DNA from: Deltaproteobacteria bacterium
GTDB taxonomy: Bacteria > UBA10199 > DSSB01 > JACPFA01
Direction of reading: 5' to 3'
Length of the DNA: 64,000 nucleotides
Assembly: GCA_016183235.1 (NCBI GenBank)
Contig: JACPFA010000025.1
Coordinates: forward strand, 4,709 to 68,708
Shown here: in pieces, positions 46,801-53,926 of the stretch
Layout: each line of letters starts with the position of its first letter
Numbering within the stretch: the first letter of the stretch is position 1
The notes under the pieces: generated by a model
The model's database searches: none
Told to the model about the DNA's origin: nothing
The model's input: the letters and a program-made list of their open reading frames with translations, nothing else
Translations under genes and position numbers: made by a program

Positions 46801-48098
46801 AATTAAACAATCAATTTGTGGCCGTTCGGCATGGGCAGGCGGTTCCTAATGTTGAGAAGCACTTAGTGTCTTCTCCCAAAATAGGCATGGAACCTGGCCA
46901 GGGGTTAACAGCCACAGGCCGCATACAAACCCGTGAACGCACGCTTGCCTGGTATGATGCCAACCAAGCCCGAATCGATGAAGCCTTAGCCGCCGGCAAA
47001 TTGCATATTTATGCCTCGCCTTTTACCCGTACCACCGAGACTGCCCAATTAGCCGCTGATGTTCTTTATGAAAAAACAGGCAAGCGAGTTCACGTTGTCC
47101 GTGCCGATGAATTGCGCGAACGCTATTTTGGTGAGCGGGATGGTTCAAACGATCCATGGTCAGTTTATCGAGCGGTGTGGGCGGAAGATAAAACCAATCC
47201 TCACCACCATTACCAACAGGCTGAAAACCCTTACCAAGTTCAAGCCCGCTTTTTGGGATTCATGAATGAACTCGACCGTCGTTATGCCGACGGCGATCAC
47301 TTGGTTTTGCTATATTCCCACGGTGATGTCATTCGTTTGAGCGTAGCGGGATTAACGCGTTCTCCAAGCTACGATCCGGCGGTTCATAAAGAGTCTTTTG
47401 GAGATGTTCACCATGTCGAATATCGGGAACTTACTGCTATGGAAAGTCCGCCGGTAGGGAGTCGTTTCCAATATCGATTGATGAATTCTACGGATTATCA
47501 AGAAATGCCTTGGGCGAGTGGAAAGGGTGTAACCCATCAAGTAGCCATCAATCCCCCCAACGCCGATATGAAGGCCAAAGACTTTGCCTGGCGGGTGAGC
47601 ATGGCACCGGTGAAAGACGAAGGGGCGTGGAGCCATTTCACGGGTTATCAGCGAGTGGTGGTTATTACAGAAGGTCCAGGTATTGTTTTAACTCATCATA
47701 TGGATGATGCTTTGCCGGTAACAAATAGGGTGTTGCCATGGCAGGTTTATCGTTTCGATGGTACAGCAACCACTAAGCCTGAATTAATCGGTGGAATCCC
47801 GATCAAAGATTTTAGCGTTATTTACGATCCCACCCGTGCCCGTGTGAACGTGAGCGTATTAGATGGCACGAATGGTAGTGTCGATAAGGGGGCCCTGCGT
47901 GCCTTGACCCAAGGCGACCATTATTATCATTGTGCCCAAGGCCCTTGTACTATTGCTATCAAAGGTGAAGCCGAACATCACTTGAACCAAGGCGACACCT
48001 TTCATTTACAAGTTCAACCGAATAACGCCGTGCAAATTACCGTGAGACCTGGTTCTTCCACTGCTAAGGTAATTAGCACTTCCATATACCCTCGTTAA
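43824..48098 (+). CDS. orphan 1424-aa multidomain protein: Gly-rich N-terminus, unknown core, 2x histidine phosphatase (PGAM-type), HutD-like C-terminus
   Basis: Uninterrupted ORF. RHG..N / R..ETA / SHGD motif sets occur twice (near aa 775-985 and 996-1180). C-terminal MPWASGKGVTHQV..FAWRVSMAPV..WSHFTGYQRVVVI resembles HutD/Ves. Locally GC-rich. Confidence 0.8.
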   Translation: MTNDPIRNEGSTSWWDPFYFRVESGPTKLADKPDPSLVQALHLRGSELLRFGDEQQKTVGASLLQWVEAQGGYEGELAASELCKGGAESKRGCSGVERVVGGATQVMQNLDVGDVALLAGVGLLGQATRNGVMSWMGRRVESWWNRGTVGTVLARGVGVTTEVAGITGIGVAEKLKHGESVNLGDEALRTGVGWLGLRLGMLGVGGTAQAFHYVGRYEVPRLVGGMTFTRVTSAFVGGTAGMVGAETLFESSDGLSKRALSQKVYQAATTQAKFMVGMRGIHALFPSVAHASQRLSVAHVYLQRGIQPKTITPPNGFDRFLGTLSSYGAWQPAMAFPGRVEGPLKGMQFGALVEPALGAGRGGANRRVKVDESRPPMGVVPFFGTRFEKTPTQFQVPNPEAIASCLAADPTYAAQLLGHFGLTTHALDIRAFARGFNLARQNPETVRTTAWDLDEVQLHWALTPAGLLRGNGRGQDARYHHTDPKVFDPQTYQPYQPRHKPNPLLRAVYWAMDGFRLRQEMQLHPGVPAYELGLRLGQADNLILCTTGPSGRFMILANEVPALKYIYFGKGPDELVTDRDVRHAPNIYTREHLAMAMQQAASLRYLADEHPLVVDYVHRVQNNPKGGAKLKHPALPLLLAKAGIAKRPFNRLVDDSSSTYKMLAALPGFTIYQPPSNRKKFSLWPLSFLNLTLGTSSGYLNRMSGYYVDDLANAMGNGYQSVRLPRTAPIPADYPHQRLAIELPWWRHDREYFGPMRDIKADARAVRAAHLPPTFKNRYVAMRHGLARSNSYDQVVSDPARASLPKWGLEPESRTHMRESFNKWFDSNQPQIEAALQAGKLHIFSSDFSRARETAEIAAAVIYEKTGKHIAIQIAPALRDRGFGGAEGQSPAATYYNQVWAEDPKNPHHKMFGAESAHEVQGRFVTFMKGLEKRFSDGDHLVLLFSHGDLMRIGMTAVNDMNPGLHVERFGYIFNGDPIDMRRQPNIVQAPTKLNNQFVAVRHGQAVPNVEKHLVSSPKIGMEPGQGLTATGRIQTRERTLAWYDANQARIDEALAAGKLHIYASPFTRTTETAQLAADVLYEKTGKRVHVVRADELRERYFGERDGSNDPWSVYRAVWAEDKTNPHHHYQQAENPYQVQARFLGFMNELDRRYADGDHLVLLYSHGDVIRLSVAGLTRSPSYDPAVHKESFGDVHHVEYRELTAMESPPVGSRFQYRLMNSTDYQEMPWASGKGVTHQVAINPPNADMKAKDFAWRVSMAPVKDEGAWSHFTGYQRVVVITEGPGIVLTHHMDDALPVTNRVLPWQVYRFDGTATTKPELIGGIPIKDFSVIYDPTRARVNVSVLDGTNGSVDKGALRALTQGDHYYHCAQGPCTIAIKGEAEHHLNQGDTFHLQVQPNNAVQITVRPGSSTAKVISTSIYPR

Positions 48099-48151
48099 AC
48101 TCAACATTACGATAAATCACTTTTCAAAGATTTCACATTATTATAAAGACG

Positions 48152-48640
48152 ATGATTATGAAGAAAGAAAAAATTTTTGAAATTGGTTCGCCAGCCCCTG
48201 CCTTTGAGTTGCCCGATCAAGATGGTAAGCCCATCAAACTTAGCGATCATCGTGGTAAGTGGGTGGTGCTCTATTTTTATCCAAAAGATAATACCCCTGG
48301 TTGCACCATCGAGGCCATTAATTTTACTAAATCGTTAGCTCGATTAACGGACTTAAATGCCGTTGTGTTAGGGGTGAGCGCTGATACTCCCGAATGCCAT
48401 CAAAAATTTATCAAAAAACAAAAGCTTAAAATCAATCTCTTGAGTGATCCTGAACATAAAATGATTGAAAACTATGGCTGCTGGGCCCCCAAAAAATTTC
48501 TGGGCCGAGAATTTTTAGGCATTTTACGCAAAACCTTTCTGATTAACCCCAAAGGCGAGATCGTTTACATTTGGCCTAAGGTCAAGGTGCTAGGTCACGC
48601 CGCCGAAGTCGAAGCCAAATTAAAAGAACTACAAGCTTAA
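48152..48640 (+). CDS. bcp: peroxiredoxin (Bcp type)
   Basis: 162 aa. YFYPKDNTPGCTIEA contains the peroxidatic Cys motif. Confidence 0.9.
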   Translation: MIMKKEKIFEIGSPAPAFELPDQDGKPIKLSDHRGKWVVLYFYPKDNTPGCTIEAINFTKSLARLTDLNAVVLGVSADTPECHQKFIKKQKLKINLLSDPEHKMIENYGCWAPKKFLGREFLGILRKTFLINPKGEIVYIWPKVKVLGHAAEVEAKLKELQA

Positions 48641-48678
48641 ACCCATACTAATTAGTACAGGCCATTTTCACAAATTTC

Positions 48679-49041
48679 TTAGAGAATGTCCCTTAGTGCT
48701 TTACGGAGTGATTTCGTCACCGATTTTCTGTCTTGTGTGGACAAAACGCCTGTTTTGCGAATGATGAAACGATGATCAAGTGTGAACAACTTCATTCGAA
48801 TGACCGAGTCTGCGGAAAGCCCTGCGGAAGCGAGAGCGTTCAATTTTACATCCAGTGGCCATGCTGAATTTTTAGCACTGGTAATCATTGCCATGATACT
48901 GTGTTTTGCTTCGCTATTAAAATGAGATTTGGAAGATAAAACAAGAGCCGGTCTTTTCTTTGTTTGCGAAGAATCTGTGAAGGGGAAGGGGACCACTACC
49001 ACATCAAAGGCTTTATAAGTCACCGTAAGCCTCATCGTCAT
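48679..49041 (-). CDS. mazF: PemK/MazF family toxin
   Basis: 120 aa. DVVVVPFPFTDSSQTKKRPALVLS is the typical MazF/PemK N-terminal core. Overlaps the upstream AbrB-like gene. Confidence 0.8.
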   Translation of the reverse strand: MTMRLTVTYKAFDVVVVPFPFTDSSQTKKRPALVLSSKSHFNSEAKHSIMAMITSAKNSAWPLDVKLNALASAGLSADSVIRMKLFTLDHRFIIRKTGVLSTQDRKSVTKSLRKALRDIL

Positions 49042-49237
49042 TTTTGGAATTCCATTCTTCTAGGGTTCCTTGGAGAGATTTTGCGAATTGGAGATCGAGG
49101 GGGGATGCTTTTTTAAGAGTGACCTTGTCTTTTTGAATTTCAAAAGCAATCACATCTCCCTTTTGTAAACCTAATTTTTCTCTTACAGGGTTAGGGATCG
49201 TAGCCTGGTATTTTGAGGTTAATTTTGCAGCCAACAT
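49013..49237 (-). CDS. mazE: AbrB/MazE family antitoxin
   Basis: 74 aa. KLTSKYQATIPNPVREKLGLQKGDVIAFEIQ is a SpoVT/AbrB looped-hinge pattern. AGGAGG 7 nt upstream of the ATG. Confidence 0.75.
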   Translation of the reverse strand: MLAAKLTSKYQATIPNPVREKLGLQKGDVIAFEIQKDKVTLKKASPLDLQFAKSLQGTLEEWNSKNDDEAYGDL

Positions 49238-49252
49238 CGAAAAGCCTCCTAT

Positions 49253-49288
49253 GGTAATACTGTATTACAGAATTACCTTTTTTGTCAA
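49253..49288 (-). promoter_or_regulatory. candidate mazEF promoter with 25-bp palindromic operator
   Basis: On the minus strand: TTGACA, 16 nt, TAATAC. Palindrome GGTAATTCTGTA-A-TACAGTATTACC (49253-49277 on the plus strand) spans the -10. Confidence 0.35.
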
Positions 49289-49344
49289 TGGGGTACTTTT
49301 AATATGACGTTGGGTTTAGTTGGGCAGGGATGGTGAGTTGCTAA

Positions 49345-49713
49345 TTATTTAGCAATCAGACTCCCCGGAGGAAAAGCATCAATGGCCGTAATATTTTTAA
49401 TATTACCTTTGAACATTCTTTTTTTAAGTTTCCCAACGACCTGAACGGCTAGTGCAGGTTTAAGTTTCTCCGCATAATAAATAAGTGATTTTGAAATTTC
49501 TTGCTCACTATATTTGGCCTCAATAAGTTCTATCACACAGCCCTCTTTTAGAATGGCAAAATCTACTTCCCTGCCTTGAGCTCGAGAGTGAGATTCTCTC
49601 CAGTGAACTGATTTAAAGCGGTCATTTTTGGTTCTTTTCTCATCTATATTGCCAGCAATAGCCAATTCCATAATAAAACGGATGTATACTATCTGTATAC
49701 TTTTTTCCCATAG
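49345..49713 (-). pseudogene. C-terminal remnant of a DUF4143-type AAA ATPase gene
   Basis: ..VHWRESHSRAQGREVDFAILKEGCVIELIEAKYS.. matches the YWR..EVDF..E.K.S tail of DUF4143 proteins (compare 24125..25327). No ATPase half is present upstream. Confidence 0.5.
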
Positions 49714-49946
49714 TTAGAGAATTTAAGCCCCCTCTTTCTCCGAAAAGATAAGCAGCGAAGTACCTAACTGCTATAGAGGGAGCATAAAAATGAATATGTT
49801 GATAAACGTTCATAAGTTGACCTTCAAGGAGCATGGTGATGGGGACCTCAATAGCCCTGTCACTTATGAGTATGTCTATACAGCCTATCTTCCCATCGAA
49901 CAGCCAGCAGAAATTTTTGACTTTTACATTAGTTGAAAGGAATTTC

Positions 49947-51395
49947 ATGATTTCTAAAGTAATTATTCCGTTTACCTTATCATGGGTATTGGTTTTGGTT
50001 GGTTTTTTATTGCCTAATTTAGTTAAGGCCGGTGGTTGCTTTGGTACCGATATTAATGGCACTTGTTTCAAATGGGACACCAGTCAGCCCATTGTCTGGA
50101 ATCCAGACCCGGGTTGTCTTAAATGCGGGTTGGGAAATTTTGATCAAGAATTAGGTGATGCCCAATTGTCCGGAGAAAAAGGTTCGGGTGGTTCTTGTCA
50201 GTTGATAGAAAAAGAAGAAGCAGCAAACACCGATATCGATAACGCCACCGCTCGAGCCATGATTACAGCTGCTTTTCAAAAGTGGATGAGTGTGCCGGGT
50301 GCCAAGCTTATCGTTCAGGAAGGGCCTGCCTTACCCGAAGACGCCAATTTGGCCACCTACACCAATTATTATATTCCCGACAGTAAATATAATCCTAATG
50401 ACCCCGAACACCCTTTGATTCTCTATAATCCCAAACATCCTCTGATCAAGGGTTGTTATGACAGTGATCCGAATACCCCTTGTTATAATCCGGTAATTTT
50501 TGATCCCAATGGCCTTATCATGCAAGATTTGATAGGACCTTGTAATCAATACACCGTTTACGGTCTTGGTGGAATTATGCCTCGGGATGGATTTAAAGAT
50601 CCAATTTTAAAGAAGGGCCAGTTTATCATCAATGCAGCTTGTATGGCCTCATCTACGGTCTTTCCTGGTTGTGAAGACGGTGGGGGTTGCTCTCGTATTT
50701 TAAGCAAGACGGATATCGAAGCGGTGATGGTCCACGAGTTAGGGCATTTTTTAGGAATGGATCATACTCAAGTGGCCCCTGAGAGTGCGTGGCTTTGTAG
50801 TGGGCTACCCAATGGTTGCACGGGTGATCTAAAAGACGACATCCCTACGATGTATGATAGACTTATTCAAAATGGTGGGCAAGAGACCTTACATATCGAC
50901 GATAAGGTGGCCTTTGCAAAATTGTATCCCGACCCTGACCCCGCCAATCAAACCTTTAAGAAGCAGGATTGTACGATCAAGGGGAGTGCATGGCACAATG
51001 GGTCTTATTTAAGGTGTGCGGAGATTTTAGCAGTACCGGTCAGCGGTGCGCTAGACGGTGAAAGCTTTGATTATGCCAATGCAGTCTCGGTTATTTCAGG
51101 GGCTGAAGCACCTAAGATCGACGTTAGTCATCGGGACCAGTGGAATTGCAGTAAGGCAGGGGGCCAATGCAGTAAGTTTGAAATCAGTGGCATTAAAGTG
51201 GGGCAAACGTATCGTCTGCAAATCCATCCCATCTACGATTGGAAGACGTCCATTGAGCCCTGTTACCCAGCCCTGGATAGTCAAGGCCAAGTGATGCACG
51301 AAGTGCCGAACATTCAGCCTAATTTGGACGCCTATGAGTTTACCTGTAATGAAGCTGGAAAGGTTTTGACAGTGGGTTACATTAATGCAAAATAA
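49947..51395 (+). CDS. secreted zinc metalloprotease (metzincin)
   Basis: Start set at ATG 49947 (GAAAGGA upstream) with signal peptide MISKVIIPFTLSWVLVLVGFLLPNLVKA. HELGHFLGMDH zinc motif. Many Cys. Confidence 0.8.
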   Translation: MISKVIIPFTLSWVLVLVGFLLPNLVKAGGCFGTDINGTCFKWDTSQPIVWNPDPGCLKCGLGNFDQELGDAQLSGEKGSGGSCQLIEKEEAANTDIDNATARAMITAAFQKWMSVPGAKLIVQEGPALPEDANLATYTNYYIPDSKYNPNDPEHPLILYNPKHPLIKGCYDSDPNTPCYNPVIFDPNGLIMQDLIGPCNQYTVYGLGGIMPRDGFKDPILKKGQFIINAACMASSTVFPGCEDGGGCSRILSKTDIEAVMVHELGHFLGMDHTQVAPESAWLCSGLPNGCTGDLKDDIPTMYDRLIQNGGQETLHIDDKVAFAKLYPDPDPANQTFKKQDCTIKGSAWHNGSYLRCAEILAVPVSGALDGESFDYANAVSVISGAEAPKIDVSHRDQWNCSKAGGQCSKFEISGIKVGQTYRLQIHPIYDWKTSIEPCYPALDSQGQVMHEVPNIQPNLDAYEFTCNEAGKVLTVGYINAK

Positions 51396-51402
51396 CCAGG
51401 TC

Positions 51403-52365
51403 CTATCTTGGGTGTATTTCGAACAATACTCCGTAACGTAAGCCATGGTTACTCACTGTAATTTTTTTAAATTTTAAGTAACGCATCAATCGGCTTAAAA
51501 TTAATCCGCCAGTTGGCAAAACATCGGCTCGTTTAGGATGCATGCCTGGAAAGCATTTGCGGTCGGCTAACGATAATTTTCGTAGAGCTTCGGTTAATTT
51601 TTCAATCTGTTGTAGCGTTAAAGTTTTGCCATGGATTTTTTTGGGGTCATAAGTTTTCATTTTTTTCAGAACCGCTAACAAGCTAGTTACCGTAGCTGCA
51701 ACCCCGACCCACTTTCTCTTTGCGCGTGTCTGTCTCTGGCGAAAGACCAACGTCATCCCGGGCTTAGCCCCGGGATCCATAATTGATTCGTCAATAAAAT
51801 TTTTTAACTGATTCCATTCTAAATCAGAAATGGGATGACGATGGATGAACTTTTCCGTCAAACTAACGGACCCTATAGGCAGGCTTATTTTTTTTAATTG
51901 CCCATGCCGTTCGCTTACAATCTCAGTTGACCCCCCGCCAATATCGATCATGCCTATCTTTACACCGTGCTTAGCAAAATCTTGCTTGGCACTTAAATAA
52001 GAAAGCCTGGCTTCTTCTTCCCCTGAAATAATTTCAACTGGAATTTTAAGTTCATCAAAAATCTGTTTTGCAAATAGATAGCCATCTTTTGCTTTACGAA
52101 AAGCCGCCGTGCCAACCGCTAAAACCTTATTTACCTGGTATTGATCACAAATTTTTTTATATTTTTTTAAAACCAAAAAAGCCCTAGCTTTGGCTTTGGG
52201 GTCAAAATTTTTTCTTGGTTTTAAATTCTTAGCCAGCCGAGGGATTTCTGCCTGATCGAGCAATACTTTGCATAAACCATTGTTTAAGCGCTGCACGATG
52301 GTTAACAGAACTGTATTCGACCCAATGTCGATAGCAGCAATTTTATTTCTGTTTTTCGGCGGCAT
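51403..52365 (-). CDS. ppx: Ppx/GppA family phosphatase (N-terminal two-domain form)
   Basis: 320 aa with IAAIDIGSNTVLL, MIDIGGGSTE. Contains a 10-codon in-frame SPE type B insert. The start overlaps the tolB 3' end by 23 nt. Confidence 0.85.
   Translation of the reverse strand: MPPKNRNKIAAIDIGSNTVLLTIVQRLNNGLCKVLLDQAEIPRLAKNLKPRKNFDPKAKARAFLVLKKYKKICDQYQVNKVLAVGTAAFRKAKDGYLFAKQIFDELKIPVEIISGEEEARLSYLSAKQDFAKHGVKIGMIDIGGGSTEIVSERHGQLKKISLPIGSVSLTEKFIHRHPISDLEWNQLKNFIDESIMDPGAKPGMTLVFRQRQTRAKRKWVGVAATVTSLLAVLKKMKTYDPKKIHGKTLTLQQIEKLTEALRKLSLADRKCFPGMHPKRADVLPTGGLILSRLMRYLKFKKITVSNHGLRYGVLFEIHPR
51751..51780. repeat. SPE type B half-unit inside the ppx coding sequence (in frame)
   Basis: CGTCATCCCGGGCTTAGCCCCGGGATCCAT, read on the minus strand as MDPGAKPGMT. 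Confidence 0.85.
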
Positions 52366-53614
52366 CGAGCCAATTCGACCAATCTGAATTGATGCAATTA
52401 TTTTTATTTTCGATCACGGTTTGATTATACCCATCCCACATCATCAGCTTCAATTCACTCTTCGCATCACGGTGCACCGTGCTATACACAATGAATCGAC
52501 CATCGGGTGAAAAGGTAGGTGATTCATTACTACCGCCACCTTGAGTTAATTGCTGAAAACCACTGCCGTCGGCATTCATCAGCGCAACATTAAATTGTCC
52601 GCCCACGCGCGTTGAAAAAACCACTTTGTCACTACGTGGTGACCAATCGGGCGAATCATTTTGATAACCAAAATAAGTCAAACGCGTCGTTTCGCCACCT
52701 TGCTTATTGACAGCAAAGAGATGCAAATTGCCGGCCCGCTCCGAGGCAAAGATAAGCCGCTCACCATCGGGCGAAAAAGTGGGAGCAATGTCAACCCCCG
52801 TGGTTTGGGTAATTTGTCTCACTTGATTGCCTTCGGTATCAAACAAATAAAGATCAGGGTCACCCCCCATGCTAGAAGAAACCGCTAGATAATTGCCGTC
52901 GGGAGTAAAAGCTGGGGTGATGTTTAAGGCTTTATTAAAGGTAATGCGTTTGCCTTTACCGCCCTTGATCCCACTAATATAAATTTCAGGAAAATAGCTG
53001 GCATAAGAAGTGTAAGCAATGCGATCTGCAAAGGGTGACCAAGAGGGGGAAATATTATTAACTTTATTTTTGGTGATGGGGGTGATGCCAGTGCCATCAA
53101 CATTCATAATCATGATCTGCCTTTTATTGAGGGGGCCACAGGCCGCAACGATTTTAGTATTGTAAAACCCCCGTTCGCCAGTGAGGGCCAAAAGAATTTC
53201 ATCCATGAAGCGATGAATGGCGACATAAAGGGCCTTCTTTTTCACTTTGTAACGTTTGCCCACTAACATTTTGCCAAGTTGGGGATCGAACAAACGCAAT
53301 TCAACCGTAGATCCACCTTTAACCACGCCGGTAATCAGTCCCCGCGCCCCAATTCCGGTCCATTTTGAAAAATTAATATCTTCAGGTAAATAATGCCCGC
53401 TGTGATCGGTAAAACGTGATCGGTCGATCACTTCAAAATAACCCGCCAGGTTGAGATTTTTTTTCAGCATCTCGGTCAGTTCATGGGCGGTGTCACTCGA
53501 GCCACTTAAGTCAGCCACTGCAATAGGAAAGCGCTGCTCAGGAGTGAATTGATCGATCAAAATATAAATCTCAGCCTTTGCAGGGGTGGCGATTAATAGT
53601 AGTAATAGTGTCAT
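52343..53614 (-). CDS. tolB: Tol-Pal system beta-propeller protein TolB
   Basis: Repeated SPDG../WSP.. propeller blades. Conservative start MTLLLLLIATPAKA at 53614. The alternative in-frame ATG at 53713 (MKNLFRR..) would translate a type A repeat. The ORF track start at 53824 is rejected. Confidence 0.9.
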   Translation of the reverse strand: MTLLLLLIATPAKAEIYILIDQFTPEQRFPIAVADLSGSSDTAHELTEMLKKNLNLAGYFEVIDRSRFTDHSGHYLPEDINFSKWTGIGARGLITGVVKGGSTVELRLFDPQLGKMLVGKRYKVKKKALYVAIHRFMDEILLALTGERGFYNTKIVAACGPLNKRQIMIMNVDGTGITPITKNKVNNISPSWSPFADRIAYTSYASYFPEIYISGIKGGKGKRITFNKALNITPAFTPDGNYLAVSSSMGGDPDLYLFDTEGNQVRQITQTTGVDIAPTFSPDGERLIFASERAGNLHLFAVNKQGGETTRLTYFGYQNDSPDWSPRSDKVVFSTRVGGQFNVALMNADGSGFQQLTQGGGSNESPTFSPDGRFIVYSTVHRDAKSELKLMMWDGYNQTVIENKNNCINSDWSNWLDAAEKQK

Positions 53615-53697
53615 TGCAAAGAAAACGAGATTGCTTCGCAGACGCTCGCAATGACAAGTTGATGTCATTGCGAGACCAGCAGGGCGAGGCAATCTTC
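53610..53697. repeat. SPE type A units (truncated doublet plus half-unit) at the tolB 5' end
   Basis: TGTCATTGCaaagaaaacGAGATTGCTTCGCAGACGCTCGCAATGACA aagttga TGTCATTGCGAGACCAGCAGGGCGAGGCAATCTTC. Confidence 0.85.
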
Positions 53698-53756
53698 TAA
53701 ATAAATTCTTCATAAAAGCTAAAATAGTGATTTTTACATTTAAATCAATCCAAAAT

Positions 53757-53907
53757 GGAAGATTCTTTGTCATCATGGGTCCCCCGGTCAATCCCCCGAT
53801 CAAGTCGGGGGAGGGGGATGACATTCCTCAGAATGAATGAATGAATGGATGCCGGATCAGGTCCGGCATGACGGTATTGCGTCATCCCGGGCCTGACCCG
53901 GGATCCA
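53757..53907. repeat. cluster: B-like half-unit, (GAAT)4 microsatellite, SPE type B doublet
   Basis: GGAAGATTCTTTGTCATCATGGGTCCCCCGG..GGGGGATGACA; GAATGAATGAATGAAT (53831-53846); GGATGCCGGATCAGGTCCGGCATGACGG tattg CGTCATCCCGGGCCTGACCCGGGATCC. Confidence 0.85.
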
Positions 53908-53926
53908 TATAATATGACAGCTATTT

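Noticed and set aside
43937-47707. Numerous 60-130-aa sense and antisense ORFs inside the giant gene (e.g. 43937..44221, 45471..45719, 46213..46608, 47352..47636), and similar ones inside 18324..20267
   Set aside because: These are expected by-products of locally GC-rich sequence with few stop codons. All are nested in a much longer, motif-bearing frame.
49640-50080. 146-aa minus-strand ORF
   Set aside because: Its 5' half is antisense to the signal-peptide region of the metzincin gene. Its 3' part is at best out-of-frame debris of the DUF4143 remnant.
53714-53824. N-terminal part of the 493-aa tolB ORF in the track (MSSPSPDLIGGLTGGPMMTKNLPFWIDLNVKITILAF..)
   Set aside because: These codons are read straight through type B/A repeat units and an AT-rich loop. 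There is no signal-peptide logic, so this is an artefact of stop-free palindromes.
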